Assembly: GCA_965206285.1 (NCBI GenBank)
Contig: OZ242205.1
Span: forward strand, 6,620,259-6,684,258
Direction of reading: 5' to 3'
Origin: Vicinamibacterales bacterium
Lineage (GTDB): Bacteria; Acidobacteriota; Vicinamibacteria; Vicinamibacterales; UBA8438
Length of the DNA: 64,000 bases
Part shown: one piece after another, positions 38,833 through 48,961 of the stretch
How positions within the stretch are numbered: position 1 is the stretch's first letter
How the letters are laid out: each line of letters starts with the position of its first letter
Program-made: the position numbers and the translations under genes
The notes under the pieces: model-generated
What the model saw: only the letters and a program-made list of their open reading frames with translations
Database searches by the model: none
Told to the model about the DNA's origin: nothing

Positions 38833-38933
38833 GGACAGTGACGGAAATTACCTTGCCGCGTGCCAAGCGCCTGAAACGGTGGGAAACGGGTTGCGCCCAG
38901 GTGCAGTTGGCAACTTTATATCGATCGCTGTCC
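38833..38933. repeat. 101-nt hairpin-like repeat element, copy A
   Basis: GGACAGTGACGG...ACCTTGCCG...AGTTGGCAA...ATATCGATCGCTGTCC. Gap-free alignment to 49566-49666 gives 74/101 matches by my count. Nested inverted repeats GGACAG(T)GA/TCGCTGTCC and TTGCC/GGCAA. Confidence 0.6.
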
Positions 38934-39168
38934 TAACTAAGGACGCTCGCATCGTGCGGCTGGAGTTCTGCCACGTCGAACAACAGCGACTACCTCTAGC
39001 GAGGCTCCGCCTCAGACCGACGAGGCATGTAGGCCTCGGCGTCTGCTTACGTTGGAAGTGGACTCCGACCGCTGCTCCAGCCGCGGCGTGAAGCCGCCTT
39101 CATGGTCGCCCGGAGGCGATGGTGGCCGTAAACTGGCCGGTGAGGAGCCCATCGACCGGAGTCCGACC

Positions 39169-39220
39169 ATGAAGGTAGCACGTTCCGTCGCCGAGGCGTT
39201 GGCAGAGCACACGACCCTGA
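39169..39220 (+). pseudogene. 5' end of a conserved hypothetical gene interrupted by IS5-like copy 2
   Basis: MKVARSVAEALAEHTTLT| is followed by the IS. It joins in frame to LECIDRMYLNVYVP... at 40716. Confidence 0.65.
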
Positions 39221-40711
39221 CAGCCCGTGGAAGAAGTCTATTCGCTGAGCCGACCTGTTCAGGCAGCTTGGCGATGAGCGATTGAGCCGACCAGCCCCGC
39301 TGGCGTCCATTGGAAGTCCCAAGAGGCCGTCAGACGCCCCCAGAGCGCGCTCAGGCGACCGATCAGTCCGCAAATGGCCGAAAGAGCCCGCCCCTGCAGG
39401 CTCCGGGGCGTGCCGACGCCGGTCAGCCGGCGCAGCAGCAGTCCGAGGTTGCAACCGGCCGCCTGGATGAGCACCCGCTTGCGCACATTCTCGTGGCCGC
39501 GCACCCACACTCGCCGCAGCCCCCCGGTCTCGTACTGGTGCGCGAAAGGCCGCTCCACCAGCTCCCCGCGGCGGCGTTGAAGACGACGACCTCGGTCGCC
39601 GCGGATACGCCGACGGTTCCCATATAATGCCTTCTGCGCAGCACGCTTCTCCGCCGGCGTCTCTCCCGTCTTCTTGTCCTGCCAACAGCGCCGACCCCGC
39701 TCCGGCTCCGAGACGTAACTCCGAACCCCAATCTCGTCGAGAGCCACCAGCGTCGCGTCGCTGTGGTACCCCTTGTCGGCGACCACCTCTTCGACCTCCG
39801 CACCGTCCGGCTGCACCGCCTCGACCTGCTCAGCCGCCATCGTCAGCGTCGCCGGCAGCGTCGCCGAATCGCCCTCCGACGCATCCTGCACCGTCACCGA
39901 GAGGATGGCGCCCGTCTCCATGTCGACCCCGTGCTCCGCCTTGTGGGCCAAGTGCGTCCGACCGTCCTTCATCTTTGCGATCTTCGCGTCCGTGTCCTGC
40001 GGAGACTGCCACTCCTTGTTCGACGTCTTCCTGTCCTTCCGGGACCGGTCAAACCGCGCCAACTCCGCTCGCGTCGGCGTCTCAATCCCCGATGCCTTCG
40101 CCAGCTGACGCACGAACGCCTCGTACGATTCCCCGGTATCCCGCCGCTCGATGCTCCGCATCGCCGCGTTCGCTTCCAGCGTCGTCGCATCGACCCCGAC
40201 CGTCTTCCCCTGCACCAGACCCGCTCCCGCCAACCGTTCCAGCACCCACGTGAAAACCGCCACGTGCGTTTCCACGTCGATCAGACGCCGCGTGCGCGAC
40301 AGCGTCGAGTGGTTCGGCGGCGCCTCGGTCACGTCCAGGTCCAGGAAAGCCCGCAGGCTCAGAGAATCCGCGACCCGCCACGCAATCCCCCGCTCCGACG
40401 ACAGACCCTCGAAGTAGCCGATGAACAGCAGCCGGAAATACCGCCCAGGACGCAGACTCGGGCGCCCCAGCCGCGACGCGTAGAACACCGCGCACAACCC
40501 CTCCACAATGGCATCGAATCCGGCCTCCTCCAGAACCCGGTTCAGCCGTTCGAAAAAGGGATGTCCCGCGCTCGTCGGAAGGTCCGCTGTGGTCACCCAC
40601 ATCGGTGACGGCTGTCGCGCCGCCGGCTTCTTGCCCATTGCCATGCCGCCAAGTCTACGCCACTCCGTCGACTCAGGTCGACTCCGATCTATCGACTTTT
40701 GCCACAGGCTG
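39221..40711 (-). mobile_element. IS5-family-like insertion sequence, copy 2 (1491 bp), 4-bp duplication CTGA
   Basis: Same ends as copy 1. CTGA at 39217-39220 and 40712-40715. 10-bp extra segment near the right end relative to copy 1. Confidence 0.85.
39259..40644 (-). CDS. IS5/IS1182-superfamily transposase, copy 2
   Basis: Differs from copy 1 by a handful of substitutions (e.g. PQDTDAK, LPATLTM, QPDGAE, ETPAEKR). Confidence 0.9.
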   Translation of the reverse strand: MAMGKKPAARQPSPMWVTTADLPTSAGHPFFERLNRVLEEAGFDAIVEGLCAVFYASRLGRPSLRPGRYFRLLFIGYFEGLSSERGIAWRVADSLSLRAFLDLDVTEAPPNHSTLSRTRRLIDVETHVAVFTWVLERLAGAGLVQGKTVGVDATTLEANAAMRSIERRDTGESYEAFVRQLAKASGIETPTRAELARFDRSRKDRKTSNKEWQSPQDTDAKIAKMKDGRTHLAHKAEHGVDMETGAILSVTVQDASEGDSATLPATLTMAAEQVEAVQPDGAEVEEVVADKGYHSDATLVALDEIGVRSYVSEPERGRRCWQDKKTGETPAEKRAAQKALYGNRRRIRGDRGRRLQRRRGELVERPFAHQYETGGLRRVWVRGHENVRKRVLIQAAGCNLGLLLRRLTGVGTPRSLQGRALSAICGLIGRLSALWGRLTASWDFQWTPAGLVGSIAHRQAA

Positions 40712-42202
40712 CTGACCCTGGAGTGCATCGACCGGATGTACCTCAACGTTTACGTGCCCTTGCTTCAGAGGGCCGCGGGGGCGGCGTACTTCTTCCGCAA
40801 GATGCGGGGCGCGGCCGTACCGTCCTCGGCTCTGATGGCCCCCATGACCCAGCGCTTCGTCGACGCCATCAAGAGCTTCGCCGCCCGCAACCGGATCGAG
40901 ATCGTGACGTTCCGCCGCGGCGAGCGCAAGGACGACCGTACCCGGCAGTACCTCCGCCGGTGGTCCGGCGGCGAGGGCGTCCTCTACATCGGCAAGGCCC
41001 AGGAGAAGGCGAAGGTGGTACGCACCGAGCGCCGCCACGACCCCGCCACCGGCGACACCTACCCGTGGCTGGCCGCCTCGACGGCGATGGTCAACCAGTT
41101 CTACTTCTACGCCGTCGACGACGACTTCGGCCCGTTCTTCTTGAAGTTCTGCTCGTACTTCCCCTACAACGCCAAGCTGTGCATCAACGGGCACGAGTAC
41201 CTCAAGCGGCAGCTGACGAAGCGGGGCATCGCCTACGAGTCGCTCGACAACGGAATCCTGCGCTGCTCGGACCCCGAACGCCTGCAGCGTCTGGCCGACG
41301 GGCTGACGGCGGCGAAGGTCGACGCGCTGCTGCGCAAGTGGCTGGCCCGCCTGCCCCACCCCTTCGCGGCCTCCGATCGTCAGCAGGGCATCCGCTACGA
41401 CGTCTCGATTCTCCAGGCCGAGTTCGCTCTGACCCAGGTCTTCGACCGGCCCGCGCAGGGGCGGGTCTTCTTCGAGGAGGTGGTGCGCGAGAACCTCGAC
41501 ATGGGTCGGCCCGACCACGTGCAGTTGATCTTCGACCGGCGCGTCAGCCGGCGCACCCCCTCGCGGTATCGCACCCGCGTCATAACCGACGGAGTCATCC
41601 CGTCGCTGCACGTCGACTACAAGCACTCGCGCATCAAGCAGTACCACAAGGAAGGGCGCGCGCTGCGCACCGAGACGGTCATCAACGACACGTACGACTT
41701 CGATGTCGGCCGCCGGCTGAGGAACCTCGATGATCTGAAGAAGATCGGCTTCGCCGCCAACCGACGCCTGCTCGGCGTCCAACGCCTCAGCCACGACTGC
41801 ACCCTCGGCGCCGACGTGCTCGACGAGCTGCACCGTCCGGTGTGCATCGACGGCCAACGCGCCTCGGCGCTCCGCTTCGGCGACCCGCGGGTGCAGAGCC
41901 TCTTCGCCTCCCTGCTGCGGTTCGACCTGCTGCCGCAGGGCTTCCGCAACCGGGACCTGCGCGAGACGGTGGCGGCGCTCTGCGGGCTCTCGCCCGACGA
42001 CTACGGCCCGGGCCGCATGACCTACGACCTGCGCCGGCTCCGGCTGCGGGGCATCATCGAACGGATTCCCCGCACCCAGCGGTATCGACTCACCGCCGAG
42101 GGGCTGTGCGTCGCCCTCGCCTACCACCGCACGCAGGCGCGAGTTCTGGGTCCCGTCGTGTCCGCGACCCCTCGACGGGGAATCGACCACGCGCCTGCGT
42201 GA
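40712..42202 (+). pseudogene. body of the conserved hypothetical gene interrupted by IS5-like copy 2
   Basis: About 495 codons after the IS: LECIDRMYLNVYVPLLQRAAGAAYFFRKMRG...FYFYAVDDDFGPFFLKFCSYFPYNAKLCINGHEYLKRQL... Good coding statistics. Function not recognised. Confidence 0.7.
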
Positions 42203-42527
42203 AGCCGTGGCCCTCTACGATCGCGAGGTCGACCGGGCCTGGAACGGACGGGCCCTCGCCGCGTAAACCGTGGATCACCGAGAAATGAAGCTACAGAATG
42301 CCTTGACCCCAGAACTTGACTCAACTGTAAAGATCACGCCTGTTCAAGGAATCTAGAGGAGGCCGGCGGGCGCCAGAAGGCGCGACCCGATCGTTCAAGG
42401 CACGAGTTTTGCTATCCTCGTCTTGGCTGGAGCTGCGGAGCGACAGCATCGGACACGAGGTGATCAGATGGAGGAAGGAAGCGGAAACGCGCCTTCAGCG
42501 CTGTGGGGCAGGCTGCGATGAAGAAGG

Positions 42528-43502
42528 ATGATGATGATGAGTACGACCAGCCAGGGCTTGACAGTTCTCGCGCTTCTCTCGATCGTCCCCGTGGGGGTCG
42601 GGGCGCAGGAGGATAACGAACTCGATCGCTTCATGGCGCGGGTCCTGGAACAGCAGGGGCAAGACGCCGCGCGCCGTCTGGACTACGTGTTTGACGAGCG
42701 GGCGGAGGGTCGCATGACGGGGCCGGATGGCGACATGATGATTCCGCGCGACTACACCTGGTACGCGCGTGATGGTGTCTTCGTGCGTAGTCCGATACGC
42801 GTCGCCGGCGTCTCGATCGGCGCGGAGGAGCGTAGGGCGTACGAAACCGTTTGGTTGGAAAGCGAGCGGCAGCGGCGGACACGCCGCTCCTCGGCCCGTG
42901 AGGGGGACGCGGAGGAACCCGTCTCGGCGGATGACGCACTGATGTTGCATTGGATGTTCAGCGGCTTGGCGCAGGAGGCGGCGCAGGCGGCTTCCGACTC
43001 GGGCGACAACGAGGTTGAATCGCGTTTCGTTGCCTTCGCTTTCGTGGATATCCTGTTTGAATCCGGAAACTACTATCTGGTGGGACGAGAGACGCTGGAG
43101 GGCCAGGATGTCCTGCGCATCGAATACTACCCCGAGCGGCTCGCACCGAATTCCGGCGACGACGACCAGTCGGAGGGCGACGCCGAGATTGATGCGGGAA
43201 TGAGCAAGACCCTGCGCGTGACCCTGTGGGTCGATCCCGCTCAGCACCAGATCGTGCGCTACTCGTTCGACAACCTCGGTTTCGCGTTCATGCCAGGGCG
43301 CTGGATGTTCAGGCTGGAGGACGTTACCGCGTCGATGTCGATGCGACAGCCGTTCGCGGGCGTCTGGCTGCCGGCGCAGATTGAAGTGCGCATGGTGATG
43401 TGGCTGGCCACGCGCAAGTACGAGTTCCGCCTCGTCCGGACGTTCGCCAACTACCGGGAGGCGGTGACGGGCGGACGTGTGCTGGTTCCCGAGCCACGAT
43501 GA
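42528..43502 (+). CDS. exported hypothetical protein (possibly LolA-like fold)
   Basis: 324 aa with signal peptide, acidic, in a lower-GC patch. Its stop overlaps the next start (ATGATG at 43499). Confidence 0.65.
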   Translation: MMMMSTTSQGLTVLALLSIVPVGVGAQEDNELDRFMARVLEQQGQDAARRLDYVFDERAEGRMTGPDGDMMIPRDYTWYARDGVFVRSPIRVAGVSIGAEERRAYETVWLESERQRRTRRSSAREGDAEEPVSADDALMLHWMFSGLAQEAAQAASDSGDNEVESRFVAFAFVDILFESGNYYLVGRETLEGQDVLRIEYYPERLAPNSGDDDQSEGDAEIDAGMSKTLRVTLWVDPAQHQIVRYSFDNLGFAFMPGRWMFRLEDVTASMSMRQPFAGVWLPAQIEVRMVMWLATRKYEFRLVRTFANYREAVTGGRVLVPEPR

Positions 43503-44744
43503 TGCCGCTTCGGTCTCACGGCGTTGCGGCGTGGGCGTGCGTCGGAGTAATCGGTGCAATGCTGTCGCCGGGCGCGGTTGTCGGCGCCTTCGGCGCGCTG
43601 GTGGCGACGGAAACGGTTGTCGAGATTCGGATACACGGCAACAACTCCGTACCAGACGAGGAGGTGCTGGAGCTCGCCGGCATCGCGGTGGGCGACTTCG
43701 TTGACAGCGCGGAGCTGGATGCCGTTGCCCGCCGGCTGGCGACCAGCGGTCGTTTCGAGGCGGTCGAAGTCCACAAGCGTTACCGGTCGCTGACTGCAAC
43801 AGACAAGATCGCGTTGATGATCGTGGTGCGCGAGCGACCGCGGCGGCTCGACCGGTTGATGTTCACGCCCATCTTGCGCTACGACGAGGGGTACGGCATT
43901 AGCTACGGTCTGGGCTTCAGTCTCGTTGATACCCCGGGGCAGGGCGGCCGGGCCTCCGTTCCGATGACCTGGGGTGCCGACCGTCGTACGGCGTTCGAGG
44001 TGGAGCGTCCGTTCGGAAGCGAAGCGGTCGGTCGCCTGCGCGGGGGCGGGTCGTCCGGCCGGCGGGTGCATCCGCACTTCGAGGTGGAAGACCGCCGGTC
44101 GCGGGTGTGGGGTGGCGTCGAGCGCCGTCTGGCGTTCGGCGTGCGCGCCGGGGCGGAGGCGGCATGGGAGGAGGTCGTCTTCGGGGAGCTGACGGATCGG
44201 CTGACGCGGGTGATTATCGTCCTGGAGTACGACAGCCTGTCCGGCATGTTCCCGCGCGACGACGTGAAGCTGCACGCCGCGGTCGAGCGGCTGTCGGTCG
44301 CCGGGCACCCCGCGGCCATCTTCCGGCCGCGCGTCGATGCACAGGCGTTCAAGGGCGTCGGCGGACAGGCGGTCCTGGCTGCGCGCGTGCTGTTATGAAG
44401 GCGCCTCGGCGCCGCTGCCGCCGTACGAGCGATCGCTGCTCGGCGGCCTGGGCACGCTGCGCGGGTGGGAGTTCGGCGCGCGGGTGGGCGATCGTCTGCT
44501 GGCGGCGTCGATCGAGCTCCGCCTGCCGCTGAGTTCTCCCCTCGCGACTGGCAAGACGGGGTTCCTTCTCTTCTACGACACGGCTGCGGTCTGGAACGAC
44601 GGATCGGTGCGTGAGCAGTGGCTGAAGGGGGTCGGAGTCGGCGTGTTTCTGGACCTTCCGGTGATCGGCAGCGTGCGGTTCGACGTCGGCCACGATCTGC
44701 GGGGAGGGGTGGTGGTCCACAGCGTGGTCGGCTTCGGCTTCTGA
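43499..44744 (+). pseudogene. small Omp85/BamA-family outer-membrane protein (one POTRA + barrel) with a frameshift near 44390
   Basis: POTRA-like VVEIRIHGNNSVPDEEVLELAGIAVGDFVDSAELDAVARRLATSGRFEAVEV. The barrel continues in another frame (YEGASAPLPPYERSLLGGLGTLRGWEF...) and ends in VVGFGF (aromatic beta-signal). Confidence 0.65.
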
Positions 44745-45046
44745 AGGTCCGCCTTGGCTAGCCGGCCGGCGGCGGAGCTTCGAGACAGCTGCCGGACGCG
44801 CACGAAGAAACCGCGGATGCCGGGGCCGTCCCGGGATCTGTCGCCTCGATGAGTCTATCCTTCGCGCTGCCAGAATAGCGTCTGCGCGGCTCCGATTCAG
44901 GCAAGAGGGCCTGCCCGCCTGGAAGACAGGCCCTTCTCGGTTGTGGAGACGCATGAGGTATCGAGGCCGGCAGATTCCGCCTGCCGCGCGACCCGGCGGA
45001 AAGTCCCGCGCCGGTCGGCGGCGCAGGCTCCCGGGCTCCGCCGTTG

Positions 45047-46174
45047 CTACTGCAGCGGCGGGTCCGGCCTCGGCATCAGCTCGGTGAACGACGCCTCTTC
45101 CAGGCGGTCGAAGCGTTGCGTGTGTCCCCGCACGTTGTCGGCGCCGTACCAGGTGCCGTTCGAGTCGACCGAGAACTGGTGCAGCTCTCGGAACGTGCCC
45201 GGACCCTCTCCTTCGAGGCTGAACGTGAAGAGCCGGTTGCCGTTCACGTCCAGCTTGATCATCTTGGGGGGCATGTTGTCCGCCACCCAGACGTCGTACC
45301 CGCTGACGTAGATGTCGTTCGGGAAGTCGAAGTCGGGCCAGGTGCCGATGGGCGAGATGTTCGGGTGATACCACACCGACCGGGTCGTCTGGTTGAACAC
45401 CTGCACCCGGTCGTTGTTCCGGTCCGCGACGTAGATGTTGCCTCGGACGTCGGCGGCGACCGCGTGCACGCCGTCGAACTGTCCGCGGCCGCTGCCCTTC
45501 ACGCCCCAGTGGGTCACGTAGTTGCCCTCGGCGTCCAGCTTCACCACGCGCGAGTTGTCGAGGCCGTCGGCGACGAACATCGTCCCGTCCTCCAGGAACG
45601 CGATGTCCTGGGGGCGTCCGAAGTGCGTCTCGTCGTCGCCGCCCACGCCTTCCTCGCCGAGCGTCATCAGCAGCTCGGAGCCGTCGTTCGAGAAGGCGTA
45701 AATGACGTGCTTCGTCTCGTTGACCACCCACACCCGCCTCTCCGGGTCGTAGGGGCTGATGCGGATCTTGTGGGGGCCGTTGGTGCCCTCGAACAGCGAG
45801 TCCCACTGGGTCCAGGACTCGATCAGGTTGCCGTCGCCGTCGACGGCGAAGATGCTGTTGCGCCAGACCCGCTGGCCCTCCTCGGGCCGCAGGGCGTTCA
45901 GGCCGATGGACCCGACGAAGCCTTCGAAGCCGGGGGGCACCGGGTCGGGAAGCCGGAACTCGCCCCGCTGGGTGATGAAGATGCGGTCCGGCGACTCGGC
46001 GAACACCCCGGAGTGGGAGCCCCAGGCGAAGCCGGCCTCGGCGAACGGCTTCATCCACCCGTCGACGATGTTGTAGGGGCTCTCGCCGACGACGAGGCGC
46101 TCCTGCAGGGACGCCGGTCCGGCCACGAGGCCGGCGCCGACCATGACGGCCAGGACGAGAACAGACGTGCGCAT
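45047..46174 (-). CDS. secreted NHL-repeat six-bladed beta-propeller protein (copy 1)
   Basis: RBS GGAAGGA and signal peptide MRTSVLVLAVMVGAGL. NHL repeats (GRGQFDGVHAVAADVRGNIYVADRNNDRVQVF, FGRPQDIAFLEDGTMFVAD). Confidence 0.88.
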   Translation of the reverse strand: MRTSVLVLAVMVGAGLVAGPASLQERLVVGESPYNIVDGWMKPFAEAGFAWGSHSGVFAESPDRIFITQRGEFRLPDPVPPGFEGFVGSIGLNALRPEEGQRVWRNSIFAVDGDGNLIESWTQWDSLFEGTNGPHKIRISPYDPERRVWVVNETKHVIYAFSNDGSELLMTLGEEGVGGDDETHFGRPQDIAFLEDGTMFVADGLDNSRVVKLDAEGNYVTHWGVKGSGRGQFDGVHAVAADVRGNIYVADRNNDRVQVFNQTTRSVWYHPNISPIGTWPDFDFPNDIYVSGYDVWVADNMPPKMIKLDVNGNRLFTFSLEGEGPGTFRELHQFSVDSNGTWYGADNVRGHTQRFDRLEEASFTELMPRPDPPLQ

Positions 46175-46356
46175 GGTGATCCTTCCGATCCAGTTGACGT
46201 GCAGGTCGTGGAGATACTCGACGTCATCGAGCGGGACGTCATCAAGCGGTATGAGTGGCTTGGCGGCCGTCACGGTCCTACAACGGCGTGATATCGGTTG
46301 GCGCGGACCCGGCGGGGAGCCCGCGCCGCCCCGCAGCGCGGACTCCCCGCCCGCGG

Positions 46357-47481
46357 CTATTGCAGCGCCGGGTCCGGCCTCGGCATCAGCTCGGTGAACG
46401 ACGCCCCTTCCATCCGGTCGAACTTCTGGGTCCGACCCATCATGGTGTCGACCCCGTACCAGGTCCCGTTCGAATCGACCGAGACCTGGTGCAGCTCGCG
46501 GAACTGGCCCGGACCGTCGCCTTCGAGACCGAAGGTGAAGAGCTGGTTGCCGTTCACGTCCAGCTTGATCATCCTCGGCGGCCGGTTGTCCACCACCCAC
46601 ACGTCGTACCCGCTGACGTAGATGTCGCTCGGGAACTCGAAGCCGGGCCACGTGCCGATGGGCGAGATGTTCGGGTGGTACCACACCGACCGGGTCGTCT
46701 GGTTGAACACCTGCACCCGGTCGTTGTTGCGGTCGGCGACGTAGATGTTGCCGCGGACGTCGGTGGCGACCGCGTGCACGCCGTCGAACTGGCCCCGGCC
46801 GCTGCCGTTCACGCCCCAGTGGGTCACGTAGCTCCCCGCGGCGTCCAGCTTCACGATGCGGGAGTTGCCGCTGTCGGCGATGAACATCGTCCCGTCCTCC
46901 AGGAACGCGATGTCCTGCGGGCGTCCGAAGTGCGTCTCGTCGTCGCCGCTGACGCCTTCCTCGCCCAGCGTCATCAGCAGCTCGGAGCCGTCGTTCGAGA
47001 ACGCGTAGATGACGTGCTGCGTCTCGTTGACCACCCACACCCGACGGTCCGGGTCGAAGGCGCTGATCCGGACCCTGTGCGGGCCGTTGGTGCCCTCGAA
47101 GAGAGAGTCCCACTGCGTCCAGGACTCGGTCATGTTGCCGTCGCCGTCGACGACGAAGATGCTGTTGCGCCAGACCCGCTGGCCCTCCTCGGGCTGCACG
47201 GCGTTGATGCCGATGGACCCGACGAAGCCGGCGAAGCCGGCGGGCAGCGGATCGGGCAGCCGGAGCTCGCCGCGCTGGACGATGAAGATGCGGTCCGGCG
47301 ACTCGGCGAACACGCCGGCGTGGGAGCCCCAGGCGAAGCCGGCCTCGGCGAAGGGCTTCATCCAGTCGTCGACGACGTTGTAGGGGCTGTCGCCGACGAC
47401 GAGGCGCTCCTGCAGGGAGGCGGGTCCGGCCAGGAGGCCGGCGCCGACCATGACGGCCAGGACGAGAACAGACGTGCGCAT
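46357..47481 (-). CDS. secreted NHL-repeat six-bladed beta-propeller protein (copy 2, tandem duplicate)
   Basis: About 85-90% aa identity (by eye) to 45047-46174, including the signal peptide. Confidence 0.88.
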   Translation of the reverse strand: MRTSVLVLAVMVGAGLLAGPASLQERLVVGDSPYNVVDDWMKPFAEAGFAWGSHAGVFAESPDRIFIVQRGELRLPDPLPAGFAGFVGSIGINAVQPEEGQRVWRNSIFVVDGDGNMTESWTQWDSLFEGTNGPHRVRISAFDPDRRVWVVNETQHVIYAFSNDGSELLMTLGEEGVSGDDETHFGRPQDIAFLEDGTMFIADSGNSRIVKLDAAGSYVTHWGVNGSGRGQFDGVHAVATDVRGNIYVADRNNDRVQVFNQTTRSVWYHPNISPIGTWPGFEFPSDIYVSGYDVWVVDNRPPRMIKLDVNGNQLFTFGLEGDGPGQFRELHQVSVDSNGTWYGVDTMMGRTQKFDRMEGASFTELMPRPDPALQ

Positions 47482-47540
47482 GGTGATCCTTCCTTTCCTC
47501 CTCTTCTCTCCCCTCTTCTCTCCGTGATCGCTTTGTCGGG

Positions 47541-48539
47541 CTACCGCGTTCCCTCGACCGGCTGCGTGTTCAGGCGCCGGGCGCCGGCCAGGATGCCTGG
47601 CAGCCCGTAGTTGCCCTCGTGGCAGGCGTACTCGAACAGCGGGCCGTCGGTGCGCCGGAAGGGAATCGCCGCCGTCCACGGCCGCGTGTAGTTGTTCGGG
47701 TCGTCGATGGTGAACTCGTACATCACCGTGTCCGGGTCGATGCGCGTGAAGCGCTCGACGAGCTCGGTGTCCTTGGACGAACCGCTGAAGTTCGTCGCCT
47801 GCCGGAAGTTCCGGGTCTCGACGATCAGCGAATCGCCCTCGTAGCGCCCGCGGGAGTCGCCGACCCACAGGGGTATGTCGCCGTGCTCGGGGTCGCCGAC
47901 CGGGATGATCCGGGTGTTGTGGATATGCTCGTTGAGTATCGCCACGTACCCCGGCGCCTGCAGGATCATCACGTTGTTGTTGTACGAACCCGGCCGCATC
48001 GGAGGGCCGGAGTTCGATCCCATCAGGCAGCGGTCCCCCAGGCTGCGGTCGGTGTAGTGGTCCCCGAACCCGTTGCGCAGGTTCAGCCGCCGGATGCGGT
48101 TCGCCTCGTTGAACTCCGCGGTGTAGGGAATGCGCCCATTCGGGGGATCGACGACGAGCGACGTCCGCTTGTCGCTGGTCAGCTCGATGCCGCGCTCGTA
48201 CCAGAACTCGTTGTAGGACAGCACCCCGCCCTCGGACCGGGACTGATAGCCGGCGCTCGGCGCGCCGGTCTCCGGATCGAAGAGGTCGCGGTTGAGCCGC
48301 GTCCGCTCCGACGCTTCGAAGGCCGCCGCCTCCTCGGGAGTGAGCGTCGCCTGCTCGCCCAGGACCTCGGGACGCTGCAACGGGGTGAGGGTGCGGAACG
48401 TGAACACCCCGGAGACGTCGGGGTACTCGGCCGGCAGGGCGGTCGCCTTCGGGCCGTCCGGGGCCTGCGCCGGCGCCGGGAGCGGCGCGAGCAGGAGTGC
48501 AAGGATCGCGAACGATCCGGCCAGGCGTCTTGTCGTCAT
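47541..48539 (-). CDS. exported protein of the 'GDSRGRWEGDTLVV / EYACHEGNYG' family (paralog X2)
   Basis: RBS GGAGG and signal peptide. GDRCLMG, GDSRGRYEGDSLIVETRNF, LVERFT, FEYACHEGNYG. First gene of an X2-NHL-NHL same-strand array. Confidence 0.85.
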   Translation of the reverse strand: MTTRRLAGSFAILALLLAPLPAPAQAPDGPKATALPAEYPDVSGVFTFRTLTPLQRPEVLGEQATLTPEEAAAFEASERTRLNRDLFDPETGAPSAGYQSRSEGGVLSYNEFWYERGIELTSDKRTSLVVDPPNGRIPYTAEFNEANRIRRLNLRNGFGDHYTDRSLGDRCLMGSNSGPPMRPGSYNNNVMILQAPGYVAILNEHIHNTRIIPVGDPEHGDIPLWVGDSRGRYEGDSLIVETRNFRQATNFSGSSKDTELVERFTRIDPDTVMYEFTIDDPNNYTRPWTAAIPFRRTDGPLFEYACHEGNYGLPGILAGARRLNTQPVEGTR

Positions 48540-48961
48540 GGGTGGCCTCCGATGGTTGCGTGGAACTTCTTGCGCGCAAGCCGCCGCGGCGCGGGTCAGG
48601 GACGCCCCGACGGCGTGTACGACACCAATCGTCAGGTGCCGATCCTATCGCCGGATGGCGCGGGGTTCAACGATTCCGGCCCGGGATCGGCGCGCGGTGG
48701 TTGCGTCCGGTCCGTACCGTGGGCGATCATGCCGGTGCGCCGCGAGTCGTCCGGATCGCGCCGCGGCTTGGCCGCCCGCGGGTTCGCGTCGCACCGAGCG
48801 GTGAGGTGCCCGGCCGACGCGGCGCGGCGACGGAGCACATCGGGCCGGGCGACGCAGTCGGACGGGATGCATCGCGGCTCGAATGCCGGGGCCGATCGTC
48901 ACGGGCGGCCGGGAGGGCGGGGGCGGCGGTGGGGCGCACTTCTCCGAGGAGGGTTCGCGCA

